Below are positions 40,714 through 50,853 of a stretch of DNA of 64,000 nt, one piece after another. The notes under the pieces were generated by a model. That model had not been told where the DNA came from. It ran no database searches and saw only the letters and a program-made list of their open reading frames with translations. Numbering within the stretch: position 1 is the stretch's first letter; each line of letters starts with the position of its first letter. Origin of the DNA: Deltaproteobacteria bacterium (GTDB lineage Bacteria; Desulfobacterota; Dissulfuribacteria; Dissulfuribacterales; JALVPX01); the NCBI GenBank assembly GCA_027023445.1, contig JALVVK010000126.1, positions 4,740-68,739 on the forward strand, in the 5' to 3' direction. A program made the translations under genes and the position numbers.

Positions 40714-40953
40714 TCATCCCTTCTGCAGTAGGGCCTTTATCTCTTCCACGGGAAAGAGCCTGCCTGAGCCCTTGAGAATGCCGTCGACCACGATTCCAGG
40801 GGTGGACATAACCCCGTAGCCCACGATCCTTCCCATGTCCGTCACCTTTTCAAATTCGGCATCGGCGATTCCAAGCTCACTGGCAGCCTGTCTGGCATTG
40901 GCTTCAAGGGCCTTGCAACGGGGACACCCCGGCCCGAGTATCTCTATCTTCAT
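40714..40953 (-). CDS. Small redox-active disulfide protein (thioredoxin family)
   Basis: ILGPGCPRC, YGVMSTPG. Confidence 0.9.
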   Translation of the reverse strand: MKIEILGPGCPRCKALEANARQAASELGIADAEFEKVTDMGRIVGYGVMSTPGIVVDGILKGSGRLFPVEEIKALLQKG

Positions 40954-40998
40954 GTAAAAAGACCTCCTTTTTTATCTTCAGAATCCTGGTCCAGCCCC

Positions 40999-41955
40999 CT
41001 ACATGATCGCATTGAACACATAGCCCACAGTGATAATCGACACCGTAACTGTACCCACAAACGTGGCTATGAGCCGCCTTTTCAGGACCTGGCTGAGGAT
41101 CACCATCTCAGGGAAGGAAAGGGCGGTCACCGCCATCATGAAGGCCAGGGTCGTGCCAAGCGGCAGACCCTTGGACATGAGGGCCTGGACCACGGGTATG
41201 ATGCCTGCGGCATTACTGTAAAGAGGTACACCGAGCACAACGGCTACCGGAACGGCAAACGGGTTAGACGGCCCGGCCCAGGAAAGCAGGAAACCCTGGG
41301 GCACGTAGCCGTGCACCAACGCCCCCACCGCGATGCCACCCAGAACATAGAGCCAGATCCTGCCGATGATGTCCTTGACGTAAACCCTGGCATACTCCAG
41401 CCGCTCCTGCCAGCGCATCTCCGGCATCTCAGCCTTATCCATGCGGACCTTCCACACGTAATCCGCCACAAAGCGCTCCATGTTGAGCCTGCCTATTATC
41501 AGGCCCGCCACCATGGCCACGGCAAGCCCTGTAAAGAGATAAAGGGCCGCTATCTTCCAGCCGAACAGGCCGAAAAGCAGGATGAGCGCGACCTCGTTCA
41601 CCATTGGGGAGGAGATCAGGAAGCTGAATGTAACCCCAAGGGGAATGCCCGCCTCCACGAACCCTATAAAAAGCGGGCAGGCGGAACAGGAGCAAAAAGG
41701 AGTCACGACCCCCAGGGCCGCCGCCAGCATATGGCCCGCTATAAGTCTTCTGTCGCTCAAAAAGCGCCTTGTGCGCTCAGGAGAAAAAAAGCTCCTGACT
41801 ATGGCTACAAAGAAGATGATGGTTGCAAGCAGGAAGAAAATTTTGGTGGTGTCTTCAATGAAGAAGTGGACCGCCCCGGCAAGGTGCGCTCCCGGTTCAA
41901 GGCCGAGCCACCTGTAGGTGACAAGATCGGCAAAAATGGTAAAAAGTCTCAACAC
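40999..41955 (-). CDS. ArsP/DUF318-family permease
   Basis: VTPFCSCS, FLISSPMVNE, GVPLYSNAAG, ALSFPE. Confidence 0.9.
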   Translation of the reverse strand: MLRLFTIFADLVTYRWLGLEPGAHLAGAVHFFIEDTTKIFFLLATIIFFVAIVRSFFSPERTRRFLSDRRLIAGHMLAAALGVVTPFCSCSACPLFIGFVEAGIPLGVTFSFLISSPMVNEVALILLFGLFGWKIAALYLFTGLAVAMVAGLIIGRLNMERFVADYVWKVRMDKAEMPEMRWQERLEYARVYVKDIIGRIWLYVLGGIAVGALVHGYVPQGFLLSWAGPSNPFAVPVAVVLGVPLYSNAAGIIPVVQALMSKGLPLGTTLAFMMAVTALSFPEMVILSQVLKRRLIATFVGTVTVSIITVGYVFNAIM

Positions 41956-42057
41956 GTTTCTGCGCTCCCCGGCACCAGGAATCCTTTCAACACTCCCGTA
42001 CCCAATTTACTGGGATTATCTGTCATGTCACAGAATACGCATAACAACCTCATACTT

Positions 42058-42088
42058 ATTATATAGCTATATGTAAATATATTGTCAA
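42058..42088 (-). promoter_or_regulatory. sigma70-like promoter with overlapping palindromic operator
   Basis: Minus strand TTGACA...TATAAT (19-nt spacer); perfect palindrome ATATAGCTATAT (42061-42072). Confidence 0.45.
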
Positions 42089-42299
42089 TACCTCAACTAT
42101 TAATCCTGCGCACCGAATGACATCCTGGATTCCGTGAACCCCCTGGAAAATTCAAAAACCGCCAGGACTTGTCAGCCATGGGATATTTGTTTTAACTGGA
42201 TTCAGGCAGCCTGGCCGACGAAACAAATCGGCCGATTCGGCCAGTATGACTGGCCTGTATTTTTTATAAATCTGAAATTCCGGAAAGGACGGATCAAAA

Positions 42300-42833
42300 A
42301 TGTGCGTAATAAACAATGTAACCCTTGAAATCAAATCCGGAGACATTACCAGGGAGAAGGCCGATGCCATAGTGAATGCCGCCAACAGCGGGCTTGCCGG
42401 AGGAGGAGGCGTGGATGGAGCGATTCACAGGGCTGGAGGCCCTGCTATCATGGAGGAATGCAGGAAAATCGGCTTCTGTCCCACAGGCGAAGCGGTGGTA
42501 ACCACGGCAGGCAACCTTGATGCCAGCCATATCATTCACGCTGTCGGACCAGTATGGAGGGGAGGCGCTGAAAACGAAGGGCAGGCGCTTTCCCGGACCT
42601 ATGAAAACTGCATGAAAAGGGCCAGGGAATATGGGATAAAATCCCTGGCCTTTCCTGCGATAAGCGCGGGCACCTATGGATTCCCTGCACAGGAGGCTGC
42701 GGACATCGCCGTGTCCTCGGTAATAAGAGAGTTGAAGTCAGGCCCTGGAAAGTTAGCCGTTGTAACATTCGTGCTGTTCAACGAAACAATTTTTTCCGCC
42801 TTTGAATCGGCCATGAAAAAATACTGCCCGTGA
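42300..42833 (+). CDS. Macro domain protein (O-acetyl-ADP-ribose deacetylase, YmdB-like)
   Basis: GDIT, AIVNAAN, GGGGVDGAIH, HAVGP, AFPAISAGTYGFP. Confidence 0.92.
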   Translation: MCVINNVTLEIKSGDITREKADAIVNAANSGLAGGGGVDGAIHRAGGPAIMEECRKIGFCPTGEAVVTTAGNLDASHIIHAVGPVWRGGAENEGQALSRTYENCMKRAREYGIKSLAFPAISAGTYGFPAQEAADIAVSSVIRELKSGPGKLAVVTFVLFNETIFSAFESAMKKYCP

Positions 42834-42896
42834 AGGCATCCCCTTTAGCGCCTGAACATGCCAGACAAGAGGCAGAGACCGCAAAAACAAGCGCCA

Positions 42897-42950
42897 TGAC
42901 CTGTCACCTTTAAGCTTTCAGCCAACCTTCATGCTCACGGGTGCGAAGCA
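42897..42950. repeat. Degenerate partial third copy of the 125-bp element
   Basis: TGACCTGTCACCT...CCAACCTTCATGCTCACGGGTGCGAAGCA aligns with GTGACTGTCACCT...CCAACTTTCATGCTCCGGGGGGCGAAGCA. Confidence 0.7.
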
Positions 42951-43011
42951 GCAATGCGCTGCCTTTTCGTCCAATCCGAATGTATTTTCAGGGTAAAAAA
43001 ACAAAATCCGC

Positions 43012-43042
43012 TTGACAACAAAAAGACCCTGGCTGATATAAT
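43012..43042 (+). promoter_or_regulatory. sigma70 promoter (extended -10)
   Basis: TTGACA at 43012 and TGaTATAAT ending at 43042. Confidence 0.5.
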
Positions 43043-43139
43043 GGGCGCGAGCCCATAAAATACGCCCAAAAAACCGGTTAAAAAACATTTCCTGGCACAA
43101 TTTTTCATTTCACCAGAAAAGACAGACAGAGGTATAGAC

Positions 43140-44030
43140 ATGGACAACAAAACATCTGGTACGACCAAAGGCAGTCAAAAACCTAAGAGACCATACCTGA
43201 CCAAAAAAAACGGAAAATATGAACTGAAGGTACGCGTAAGCACCGGAAACCTCACCGCGCAACAACTCCTGGCGCTTAAAGACATATCAGGAACTTACGG
43301 CTCAGGCCAGATCCACCTGACCGCGAGACAGGAGGTCCTGATCTATGACATTGAGGAGGCACACGTCGAGGAGGCCATAAGTCGTCTCGAAGCGGCAGGG
43401 CTGAAGGGCGGCTCCGCCGGGATGAGGGTCAGAAACATCATGAGCTGCGTTGGTGACAGGTGTAAAAACTGCGCCTGGGATCCGGCTGCCCTTGCCAGGG
43501 AACTTGATGAAAAATACGGGGAAATGGACCTTCCGGGAGCGGTTAAAATGGCCGTTGCCGGTTGCCCGTTCCCGTGCATACGCCCCCAGTTGAACGATAT
43601 CGGCATTATCGGAAGGATTCTGCCACGGTTGGTTGACGAAGAAAAATGCAAGGGATGCGGCATGTGTGAAAAGGTCTGTAAAGTAGGCGCGGCATCTGTT
43701 GGGGAAGGCAAAAAATCCGTCACGGATTACAACCTTTGCGCCATGTGCGGCAGATGCGTGCTGTATTGCCCATCATCGGTCAGGATCGCGGAAAAAACAG
43801 GGGTAAGTATTACGGTAGGAGGAGGTGGCTCCTGGCCTGTAACGGAAGGCCCCATCCTTGTAACCATGATCGGGCTGGACCAGGTTATTCCCCTTGTGGG
43901 GAAAATCCTTAATTATTACAAGGAAAACGCCCTTTCTGCTGAAAAAAGACTCCGGCCATTTGTCAAAAGAATAGGCATAGAAAAATTAAAAAAGGATCTG
44001 CTGAAAGGCGTGGAAGTCATCATCCCGTAA
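43140..44030 (+). CDS. Small nitrite/sulfite-reductase-like siroheme/4Fe-4S protein with inserted ferredoxin
   Basis: IHLTARQ, SCVGDRC, GCPFPC, CKGCGMCEKVC, CAMCGRCVLYCP. Confidence 0.85.
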   Translation: MDNKTSGTTKGSQKPKRPYLTKKNGKYELKVRVSTGNLTAQQLLALKDISGTYGSGQIHLTARQEVLIYDIEEAHVEEAISRLEAAGLKGGSAGMRVRNIMSCVGDRCKNCAWDPAALARELDEKYGEMDLPGAVKMAVAGCPFPCIRPQLNDIGIIGRILPRLVDEEKCKGCGMCEKVCKVGAASVGEGKKSVTDYNLCAMCGRCVLYCPSSVRIAEKTGVSITVGGGGSWPVTEGPILVTMIGLDQVIPLVGKILNYYKENALSAEKRLRPFVKRIGIEKLKKDLLKGVEVIIP

Positions 44031-44092
44031 AGGTTGTCCCCCCCGGATCTTCTTTTCACCTTGGAAAAGAGGCGCCTCCGGGGGCACTCTCC

Positions 44093-45757
44093 TCACCCGG
44101 GATCGTTTTCCGAAGGGTCTTTCTCAAGCCAATCCCCGTAAAGTCTCTTCCTGCATTCAGGACATATGCTATGGCTGAAGACGACATCAGAGTGTGAGCT
44201 GATATACTCCTCAAGCTGATTCCAGTAGCCCTTGTCATCTCGAATCTTCTTACATGATGCGCAGATAGGAAGCATTCCACTCAGGACCTTCACGTCTGAA
44301 AGCGCCTCCTGTAACTCGCGGATCAATTGCTCTCTCTCCTTTTCCGCCATCTTCCGCCCTGTTATGTCCCGGCAGATTCCAACAACCATTTCAGGTTTCT
44401 GCTCAGAATCTCTTGCCGCCACGCTTGCCGTACACCATAATATCAATTCGTCGCCATTTGGCATTCTGAACTGCGTTTCGGACTCGTGCACACCATCGTC
44501 TCTCAGACACCTTGAAGCCATACAGAGCCTACAGGGTTCATTCATGCCATGAAAGGCCTCGTAACACTTTCTGCCCACGAGTTCCTGCCCAAACAGTTCC
44601 CGAGCAACATCATTTGCCCAGGAAATGACATAATTCCTGTCCACCATGAACATGGAATCCGTAATAGATGAAATAATCCCTGAAAGTTTTGCCTCGTTTT
44701 CCCTCAACCTTTCCGCTGAACGGGCCAGTTGCCTGAAATATTTTGCCTCCGCCCTTAATTCGGCCTTTTTCTTGTTACTTCTCAGGAAAAGAAGGCCTCC
44801 GGCCAGGAAAAATAACAATACCACGCCAGAGAGCATCCATGTGTAACGTGCATGTTCCATTATGGGACCCGCCACCTCAGAGTATCCCCGGCAGATACCT
44901 GCTGACCACCGCCTGTTCCCAACGCGCACCGGGGCATAGGCAACAATCCTTTTCCTGCCGTCCTCACCTGGAAGAACCGCCCATCCCTCCCTGCCGGACG
45001 CAATGTCCGCGAGAACCGCCTTCATGGCGGTAAGGCTGCCCCCGCCCTGCCCACTCGGATCAGAAGGGAAAAAAGGCCTGCCGATTCTCTGCCTATCTTT
45101 ATGGCTCAACACAACAGCCTTTGAATCAACAAGCCATGCGCAGGTTTGTCCATCTGGCTCCATTTCCATTAAAAATCTTCGGTAGATGGTATCCATCTGA
45201 ACCATAAAACGTACCAACCCCGCGAACTTTCCCCTGTAAAAAACAGGCCTTGAAAAGGATATCGCGTAATTGCCACGGTCATTAACGAACAGGCCGGACA
45301 CATAGGGCTTATGTGTACGGATAACAACGGATACTCCTGGTTTGTCTGAATGATCTTTGCCAATCTCATCCGGAATAAAAGGATGACGATGCAGCATTAC
45401 TCCGGTGGCATCCAGCAGGGTGACAGCATCGGTATCATGACAAAGAAGTCTAAAAACAGACCTTATCAGGCAATAGGATTTTTTATCCCGCACCTGTCTT
45501 TTCCTGATAAAAATATCATGCTGCACATCCGGATTATCCGACAGGATCTTCAGATAACGCTGGCGATCCTCTATATATTCCTGTATTCTTTTTGCCGTTG
45601 CCCTGGCCGCCGCGAGGAGCTGGTACTGGCTGTTGTAAACAGCGGCCCTTTCATAGGTCTTCTGATTGATATAAGCCAAGTTTAAAGTCAGCGCCACCAT
45701 GGCAACACTGCCAATAACCGCCAGCAAAAATTTCCAGCTCAACTTTTTAAAACACAT
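44093..45757 (-). CDS. Cache-PAS membrane sensor with C-terminal Cys/His domain and no kinase
   Basis: TM-periplasmic-TM, PAS/PAC (DITGRK), C-terminal LPICASCKKIRDD..YW....YI....FSHSICPEC. Confidence 0.8.
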   Translation of the reverse strand: MCFKKLSWKFLLAVIGSVAMVALTLNLAYINQKTYERAAVYNSQYQLLAAARATAKRIQEYIEDRQRYLKILSDNPDVQHDIFIRKRQVRDKKSYCLIRSVFRLLCHDTDAVTLLDATGVMLHRHPFIPDEIGKDHSDKPGVSVVIRTHKPYVSGLFVNDRGNYAISFSRPVFYRGKFAGLVRFMVQMDTIYRRFLMEMEPDGQTCAWLVDSKAVVLSHKDRQRIGRPFFPSDPSGQGGGSLTAMKAVLADIASGREGWAVLPGEDGRKRIVAYAPVRVGNRRWSAGICRGYSEVAGPIMEHARYTWMLSGVVLLFFLAGGLLFLRSNKKKAELRAEAKYFRQLARSAERLRENEAKLSGIISSITDSMFMVDRNYVISWANDVARELFGQELVGRKCYEAFHGMNEPCRLCMASRCLRDDGVHESETQFRMPNGDELILWCTASVAARDSEQKPEMVVGICRDITGRKMAEKEREQLIRELQEALSDVKVLSGMLPICASCKKIRDDKGYWNQLEEYISSHSDVVFSHSICPECRKRLYGDWLEKDPSENDPG

Positions 45758-45899
45758 GACATGACATGAAAGACCTGGATGGGGAATATGCGTGGTTGCG
45801 CTAAGGTATAATCCGTGGATTGGCTGAAAGTCAATGCCCTGGGCCACGACCCATGGCCTCTGTTAGCCATGAGCCATGACCTGCCTGTTTTTTCTTATT

Positions 45900-47048
45900 T
45901 CAATTAACCCTGAATCCCTTCAGCAGCTCCTGGAGCCTGACTGAAAGATCGGCCAGCACACCGGACGCCTCCAGATATTTGTGCGCGATGGCAACGGTTT
46001 CCTGAACAACCATCTTCGTGCCATCAGCCTTATTTTTCACATCCTCGACCTTGGTAGCCGCGTCAGACACGTTGGAGCTGATCTCCGACACTGTTGCGGT
46101 CTGTTCCTCAGCCGCGCTGGCTATGGTATTGGCCAGGTCGTTCACCTGGGCCACAATGGTTGTGATCTCCTCCACCGAGCTTACCGCCTCTCTGGTATCG
46201 GCCTGGATGGTCTGAATCATGGTGGTGATTTCCTGGGTGGCATCGGCAGTCTGCCTTGCAAGCTCCTTAACCTCATTTGCCACTACGGCGAACCCCTTCC
46301 CCGCCTCCCCTGCCCTGGCGGCCTCTATGGTCGCGTTAAGGGCAAGAAGGTTCGTCTGTTCAGCAATAGTGTTTATCACCTGGATGATATCGCCAATCTT
46401 GTCTGAACTTTCTCCAAGCCTGTTTATGACCTCATTCGTGTTCTGGGCCTTATCCTGGGCCTCGTTGGTAATCCTGGCGGTCTCGGCCACACTCTGGGCA
46501 ATCTCGTTTGCGGCCGTATCCAGATCCTGCGTGGCATTGGATACAAGCTGAATGTTTTCATTCACCACGTCAGCAGACTCAACCACCGCGTCCACTGTCA
46601 TCTCCATATTGCCTGCCTGTTCGGAAACTTCCTGCCCTGCGGCATGGACCGTGCCTGCCGCGCGTGTCACCTCCTCAGTATCGTGACTGACGTCCCGGAT
46701 CATACGGGCCAGCCTGTCCCCCATCTGGTTTACCGCCTCCACCAGCTGTCCTAACTCTCCAGACGCCTTGACCCGGATACGTGCGGAAAGGTCCCCGTCA
46801 GCCATCTGCCGGGCCGTGGCAATACATTCTTTAAAAGGATAGATAAGGCCAGAGCGCAGGGCCCACCATCCATAAACAAAAAGACAGGCAGAGACAGCCA
46901 GTATTATACCGCCCACCGCATGAAAAGTGGAAGCGCCTGCCCCATCCGCTTTCCAGTAGACAAAAATTCCGGTTAAAAAATTTAAAACAAACAAACCAGC
47001 CATCGGCAACCCCAGGCTTACCTTTACCCCACTGAAATCTGATGCCAT
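45900..47048 (-). CDS. Methyl-accepting chemotaxis protein
   Basis: Two TM helices, [47 protein letters not shown]. Confidence 0.95.
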   Translation of the reverse strand: MASDFSGVKVSLGLPMAGLFVLNFLTGIFVYWKADGAGASTFHAVGGIILAVSACLFVYGWWALRSGLIYPFKECIATARQMADGDLSARIRVKASGELGQLVEAVNQMGDRLARMIRDVSHDTEEVTRAAGTVHAAGQEVSEQAGNMEMTVDAVVESADVVNENIQLVSNATQDLDTAANEIAQSVAETARITNEAQDKAQNTNEVINRLGESSDKIGDIIQVINTIAEQTNLLALNATIEAARAGEAGKGFAVVANEVKELARQTADATQEITTMIQTIQADTREAVSSVEEITTIVAQVNDLANTIASAAEEQTATVSEISSNVSDAATKVEDVKNKADGTKMVVQETVAIAHKYLEASGVLADLSVRLQELLKGFRVN

Positions 47049-47146
47049 CTTATTCCTCCTTGCAGGCACTTGTCCCTTGAGTTGGTTTTCAGTGGACTTA
47101 TCGGCAGCAGGCTGCACTCGCTTAACCGAAAATGTGACAAGGACAG

Positions 47147-47968
47147 CTAATCCATTTCCTTTTCAATCTGCGTGGTAAGATCATAGGGCCTGTCCATGGC
47201 CTTCCCGCGCCTGTCATACAACCGACCGCCGCGTATTGAGATATCTCCCGTGGCAAAAGATCTTAAGGTGTGAACTATGAGGGACAGCTCCCTTTTTACA
47301 CCCTCCTTCCTGATTGCCTTGAACAGGGGCTGTTCCTCTCCGTACTTTTCCATCACCCCGTCCATGCCCACTTTTGCGGCCTGTTCTCTGAACCCGCTCC
47401 ACAATTCATCCCATCCAGGACCTTTTATGGCAAAGGTGCAACAGGTTACAGCAGGCCCCCTGTCCAGCTCAGGCGTAACCAGGTGCATCATAACCCCTGT
47501 CTCCGAGGCGTTATTCTTCAAAAGCTGCCATATAACCTCCTGCCAGGTGCCTGCCGGACCTCCGGGAGCCGCGGGATGGAGATTAATCACCGCCAGGGTG
47601 GAACAGACCTCTGGACTCACAACCCACATGTAACCCGCGAGCACCACCACGTCCACACGCTGCCCGCTGAGCAGTCCGAGGACCCTGTGATGGTACTCAT
47701 GTCGCCAACTGAGCCGGTCGGCACTGCGGAGTTCCGGTTCAAAACGTGCGGCAGACAGGCTGAAAACAGGGATACCGCAGCTCTCAACCCTTTTTATGAG
47801 CTGATCGCTTGTATCTGATTCTCCAGGCTCCCTTGACGAAAAACAATAGGCAATACCGCCCGGAATGGTTCCGTTTTCAACAGCCCTGTAAACCTCGTTA
47901 AAAAGGTCGATAGCCGCCAGGTCTCTCCCGGTGGTCCACCATCCAAAGGTAAAATCTGTCTTTTTCAT
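47147..47968 (-). CDS. purN: Formyltransferase, PurN-like (atypical long form)
   Basis: [27 protein letters not shown]. Confidence 0.75.
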   Translation of the reverse strand: MKKTDFTFGWWTTGRDLAAIDLFNEVYRAVENGTIPGGIAYCFSSREPGESDTSDQLIKRVESCGIPVFSLSAARFEPELRSADRLSWRHEYHHRVLGLLSGQRVDVVVLAGYMWVVSPEVCSTLAVINLHPAAPGGPAGTWQEVIWQLLKNNASETGVMMHLVTPELDRGPAVTCCTFAIKGPGWDELWSGFREQAAKVGMDGVMEKYGEEQPLFKAIRKEGVKRELSLIVHTLRSFATGDISIRGGRLYDRRGKAMDRPYDLTTQIEKEMD

Positions 47969-48015
47969 CCTTATTCACCGCTAATCATTCAAGATTCAAC
48001 ATTAGATACTCAACA

Positions 48016-50853
48016 TCACCCCTGCCCTGCCGCGCACATTCCCCCGGCATAAGGGCAGTTGGCGCAGTAAGCGGAGTCTGACACATCCTGTTCAAAGGAT
48101 AAATCCGGGTTAAGGATCTCTTCAAGCAGCCCCTTAATCACAGGCGAATAAAATCCGTCCATAAGTTCACCTGCCACCTCCGGACTGTTGAACAGGGGCC
48201 TGGCAAGATCCCTGTATCCACTCTTTCCGGAAAGCCCCTTGAGCGAATAGAGACATGCGGAAAAACTCTCCCATGGATACCGGTCCCAACCCAGGTGATT
48301 CCTTATAAGGAAAAGGTAAACCGGCAGCTGAAGGGAACGGATCTGTTCCTTCAGCTGCCGGCGGTCAATGACCGGCGACATTCCCGGGGCATGACCTGGA
48401 AGCCGGAGATGGGAACCGGTTTTATAATCTATCACGATGACCGATCCATCCGAGTCCCTGTCCACCCTGTCAAGGGTGCCTTGCAGGGTAACCCTGTGAC
48501 CGGATACCGGTCCGAAAGAAAAACGGCACGAAAGCTCCAGCGCGATGGGCCTTCGGCGCGGCTGTTCCCCCTCTATTCTCAGCATGTGCCCTAACCTTAC
48601 CCGGATCACCTCGTACAGCAGCCTGAACCCGCCCTTCAACCCGCTGTTCTGCAGGGTCTTCTCCCTTAAAACATGATCCAGTATGCCAGGCATTTTTTCC
48701 TCGAGATCATTGTAATCCATGTCTTTATTAAGATAAGGGGTGTAAAGCCTGCGCAGGGTCTCGTGGACAACATCCCCCACTAACAGTGCGTCGATCTGTT
48801 CAACAGAATTTCTGCGGGCAGGGTCCAGCCCGAGGACATACCTCAGGTAAAAACGGTACGGACAATGGACATAGGTATCAAGGGATGTCGGGGAAAAACG
48901 CAGGGTCCGCAGATGATTAACGACCTGAACAGACTTGGGTACTTCCTCAGGCCGAGCAATGCGGGGCCTGAGCGAAGATTCCACCTTATCTATGCCCACT
49001 GCCTCCACCCGGCCGGCATGCCTTTCCCTGCGCCATATTATCTCATCCACAAAACGGCTTCTTGATACCTCCTGGCCCTCCACGAATAAAATATGTGCCT
49101 CCTGCGCACCGGAAAGAAGCCTGAACAGGTGCTCGCGGCTTATATCGACGGAGAGGCGCGAATCCGGCAGGCCAAGCCTTTTCCTGAGGCCAGGCGGAAG
49201 CAGCGGCTCCGGGGCGGATTTGGGTGGAAGGATTCCTTCCGCGGCATCCAGGATAACCACTTTCCTGAACCTCAGGCACCTGGTCTCAAGGAAGCCAAGG
49301 ACCTGCGGGCCATCCAGGGGGCTGCCCTGAAACGGAATTCTGACTTGGCGGACAAGATGCCTGAACATGGCAAACAGACCGGACGGGCTTGCGGCCTCTG
49401 AAGCCATGGGCCCTGTAAAAAGACGTTCAAACAGGTCAAGGGCGGTCCCGGCAAATTCGTTTGAAAGGGGGTGCCTGCCAGCGGGTCCTTCCCTGACCAG
49501 AAGAGAAAGAAAATCCATCAGTCCCCGGGCCAGATCACCAACCGTATCCACCTGTTCAAAAGACCTGAACGCCACCCTGTGCACGAGTCTCAGAGTGGCC
49601 ATGGCCGGGGAGGCGGATTCCACAAATTCCCGGGCAATGTCTTCCACCTCTTTCAGGGTCACGAACATGTTGCGACGTTCTTTAATACTCTGGCAAAGGT
49701 AACGGACCAGACCCCGGAAGGGTGTGTTCATGTCATCAACATCATATCTCACGGCCCCCAGGCCTTTTACGTACGGGTGGGTCAAAACCGCCAGGTAATG
49801 CCTCTGGTAGTACCCTTCCTCCCTGCCCTCCTGCGCCTGGAAAACATGGTCCATCAGGTAATACACAGGGGTTCTGGAAAGCGGATAACCCATTGAGATA
49901 TTGAACGGGACAGAGAGATCCTCCAGAATCCAGTCCAGCACGGGCACAAGGGGCTCCGGCCTGGGGAGCACCAGCGCGACATCTTCCGGGGTTCCGGGAC
50001 GGCCCGGCTCATGAAGGGAAAGCAGTATATCCCTTGCCCTCCTCACCTCACTGTGAAGATCATGGGCCTGGTGGAAATAGACAGCCTTGTGAGATGACAG
50101 CCCATCAGGGCGGGACCCGGATTCCTGGCTGACCACAACGGTCCCGTGGCCTGCGCGCAGGGCCCTGATCACACTGAGTTCCGCATTGTTAGGGGCCACA
50201 AAACCACATAAATAAAGGAATCCATCAGGCCTGCACCCCTGCTCCGCAGCCTCGGCCGCGTATCTGTATATCTCGCCCCTGGACCACACACCCTTTTCGG
50301 AGAGCGCCTCTTGCCATGCACGGTACAGATCAGGGAGAGCCGACCATAAACCTCTTGCATGCTCTATGAGCCCGGCGTCCATAAGGGCGGCCTGCACCGC
50401 CTGACCTATACGCGACGCGGGGACAAGCCCCACACCCAGTTCATCCATGACGTTAAGAAGCTGCCCGCCCCAGAAATAGAACCGGTCAAAACCGCTGAAC
50501 ATCGACAGGAGATCCGCTCTGCACTCAAGCACGGATTTCGCTGTCTGATAGAGCAGGTATATGAGCTGCTCCTGTTCAAGCTCAACGCGCCTGCCAGCAG
50601 AAGGCAGCATTTCCGCCAGATACCGCATGAAACTGTCCACATCGAAGATCTCAGGCGGCAGAAAGGGTCTCTGGAGCCTTTCACCAAGTCTTTTTCTCAG
50701 GTAAAGCGCGGGCCTTCTTCCAGGAAAAACCACTTTGAATCCGGAAAAATCTCCGCCATGATCCACCCGGGCAAGCAACGTTTCCGCTATTTCATCCACC
50801 ATGGAGACGTCAGGGGGCAGGATTATGTCCGCTTTCGGGATCAAAAGGTCCAA
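48016..50853 (-). CDS. addB: AddB-like PD-(D/E)XK nuclease subunit
   Basis: VFPGRR, NISMGYPL, QVLGFLETR, FSPTSLDTY..CP, GTLDRVD..IDYKTG, CANCPY...C (Fe-S staple). Confidence 0.85.
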   Translation of the reverse strand: MDLLIPKADIILPPDVSMVDEIAETLLARVDHGGDFSGFKVVFPGRRPALYLRKRLGERLQRPFLPPEIFDVDSFMRYLAEMLPSAGRRVELEQEQLIYLLYQTAKSVLECRADLLSMFSGFDRFYFWGGQLLNVMDELGVGLVPASRIGQAVQAALMDAGLIEHARGLWSALPDLYRAWQEALSEKGVWSRGEIYRYAAEAAEQGCRPDGFLYLCGFVAPNNAELSVIRALRAGHGTVVVSQESGSRPDGLSSHKAVYFHQAHDLHSEVRRARDILLSLHEPGRPGTPEDVALVLPRPEPLVPVLDWILEDLSVPFNISMGYPLSRTPVYYLMDHVFQAQEGREEGYYQRHYLAVLTHPYVKGLGAVRYDVDDMNTPFRGLVRYLCQSIKERRNMFVTLKEVEDIAREFVESASPAMATLRLVHRVAFRSFEQVDTVGDLARGLMDFLSLLVREGPAGRHPLSNEFAGTALDLFERLFTGPMASEAASPSGLFAMFRHLVRQVRIPFQGSPLDGPQVLGFLETRCLRFRKVVILDAAEGILPPKSAPEPLLPPGLRKRLGLPDSRLSVDISREHLFRLLSGAQEAHILFVEGQEVSRSRFVDEIIWRRERHAGRVEAVGIDKVESSLRPRIARPEEVPKSVQVVNHLRTLRFSPTSLDTYVHCPYRFYLRYVLGLDPARRNSVEQIDALLVGDVVHETLRRLYTPYLNKDMDYNDLEEKMPGILDHVLREKTLQNSGLKGGFRLLYEVIRVRLGHMLRIEGEQPRRRPIALELSCRFSFGPVSGHRVTLQGTLDRVDRDSDGSVIVIDYKTGSHLRLPGHAPGMSPVIDRRQLKEQIRSLQLPVYLFLIRNHLGWDRYPWESFSACLYSLKGLSGKSGYRDLARPLFNSPEVAGELMDGFYSPVIKGLLEEILNPDLSFEQDVSDSAYCANCPYAGGMCAAGQG

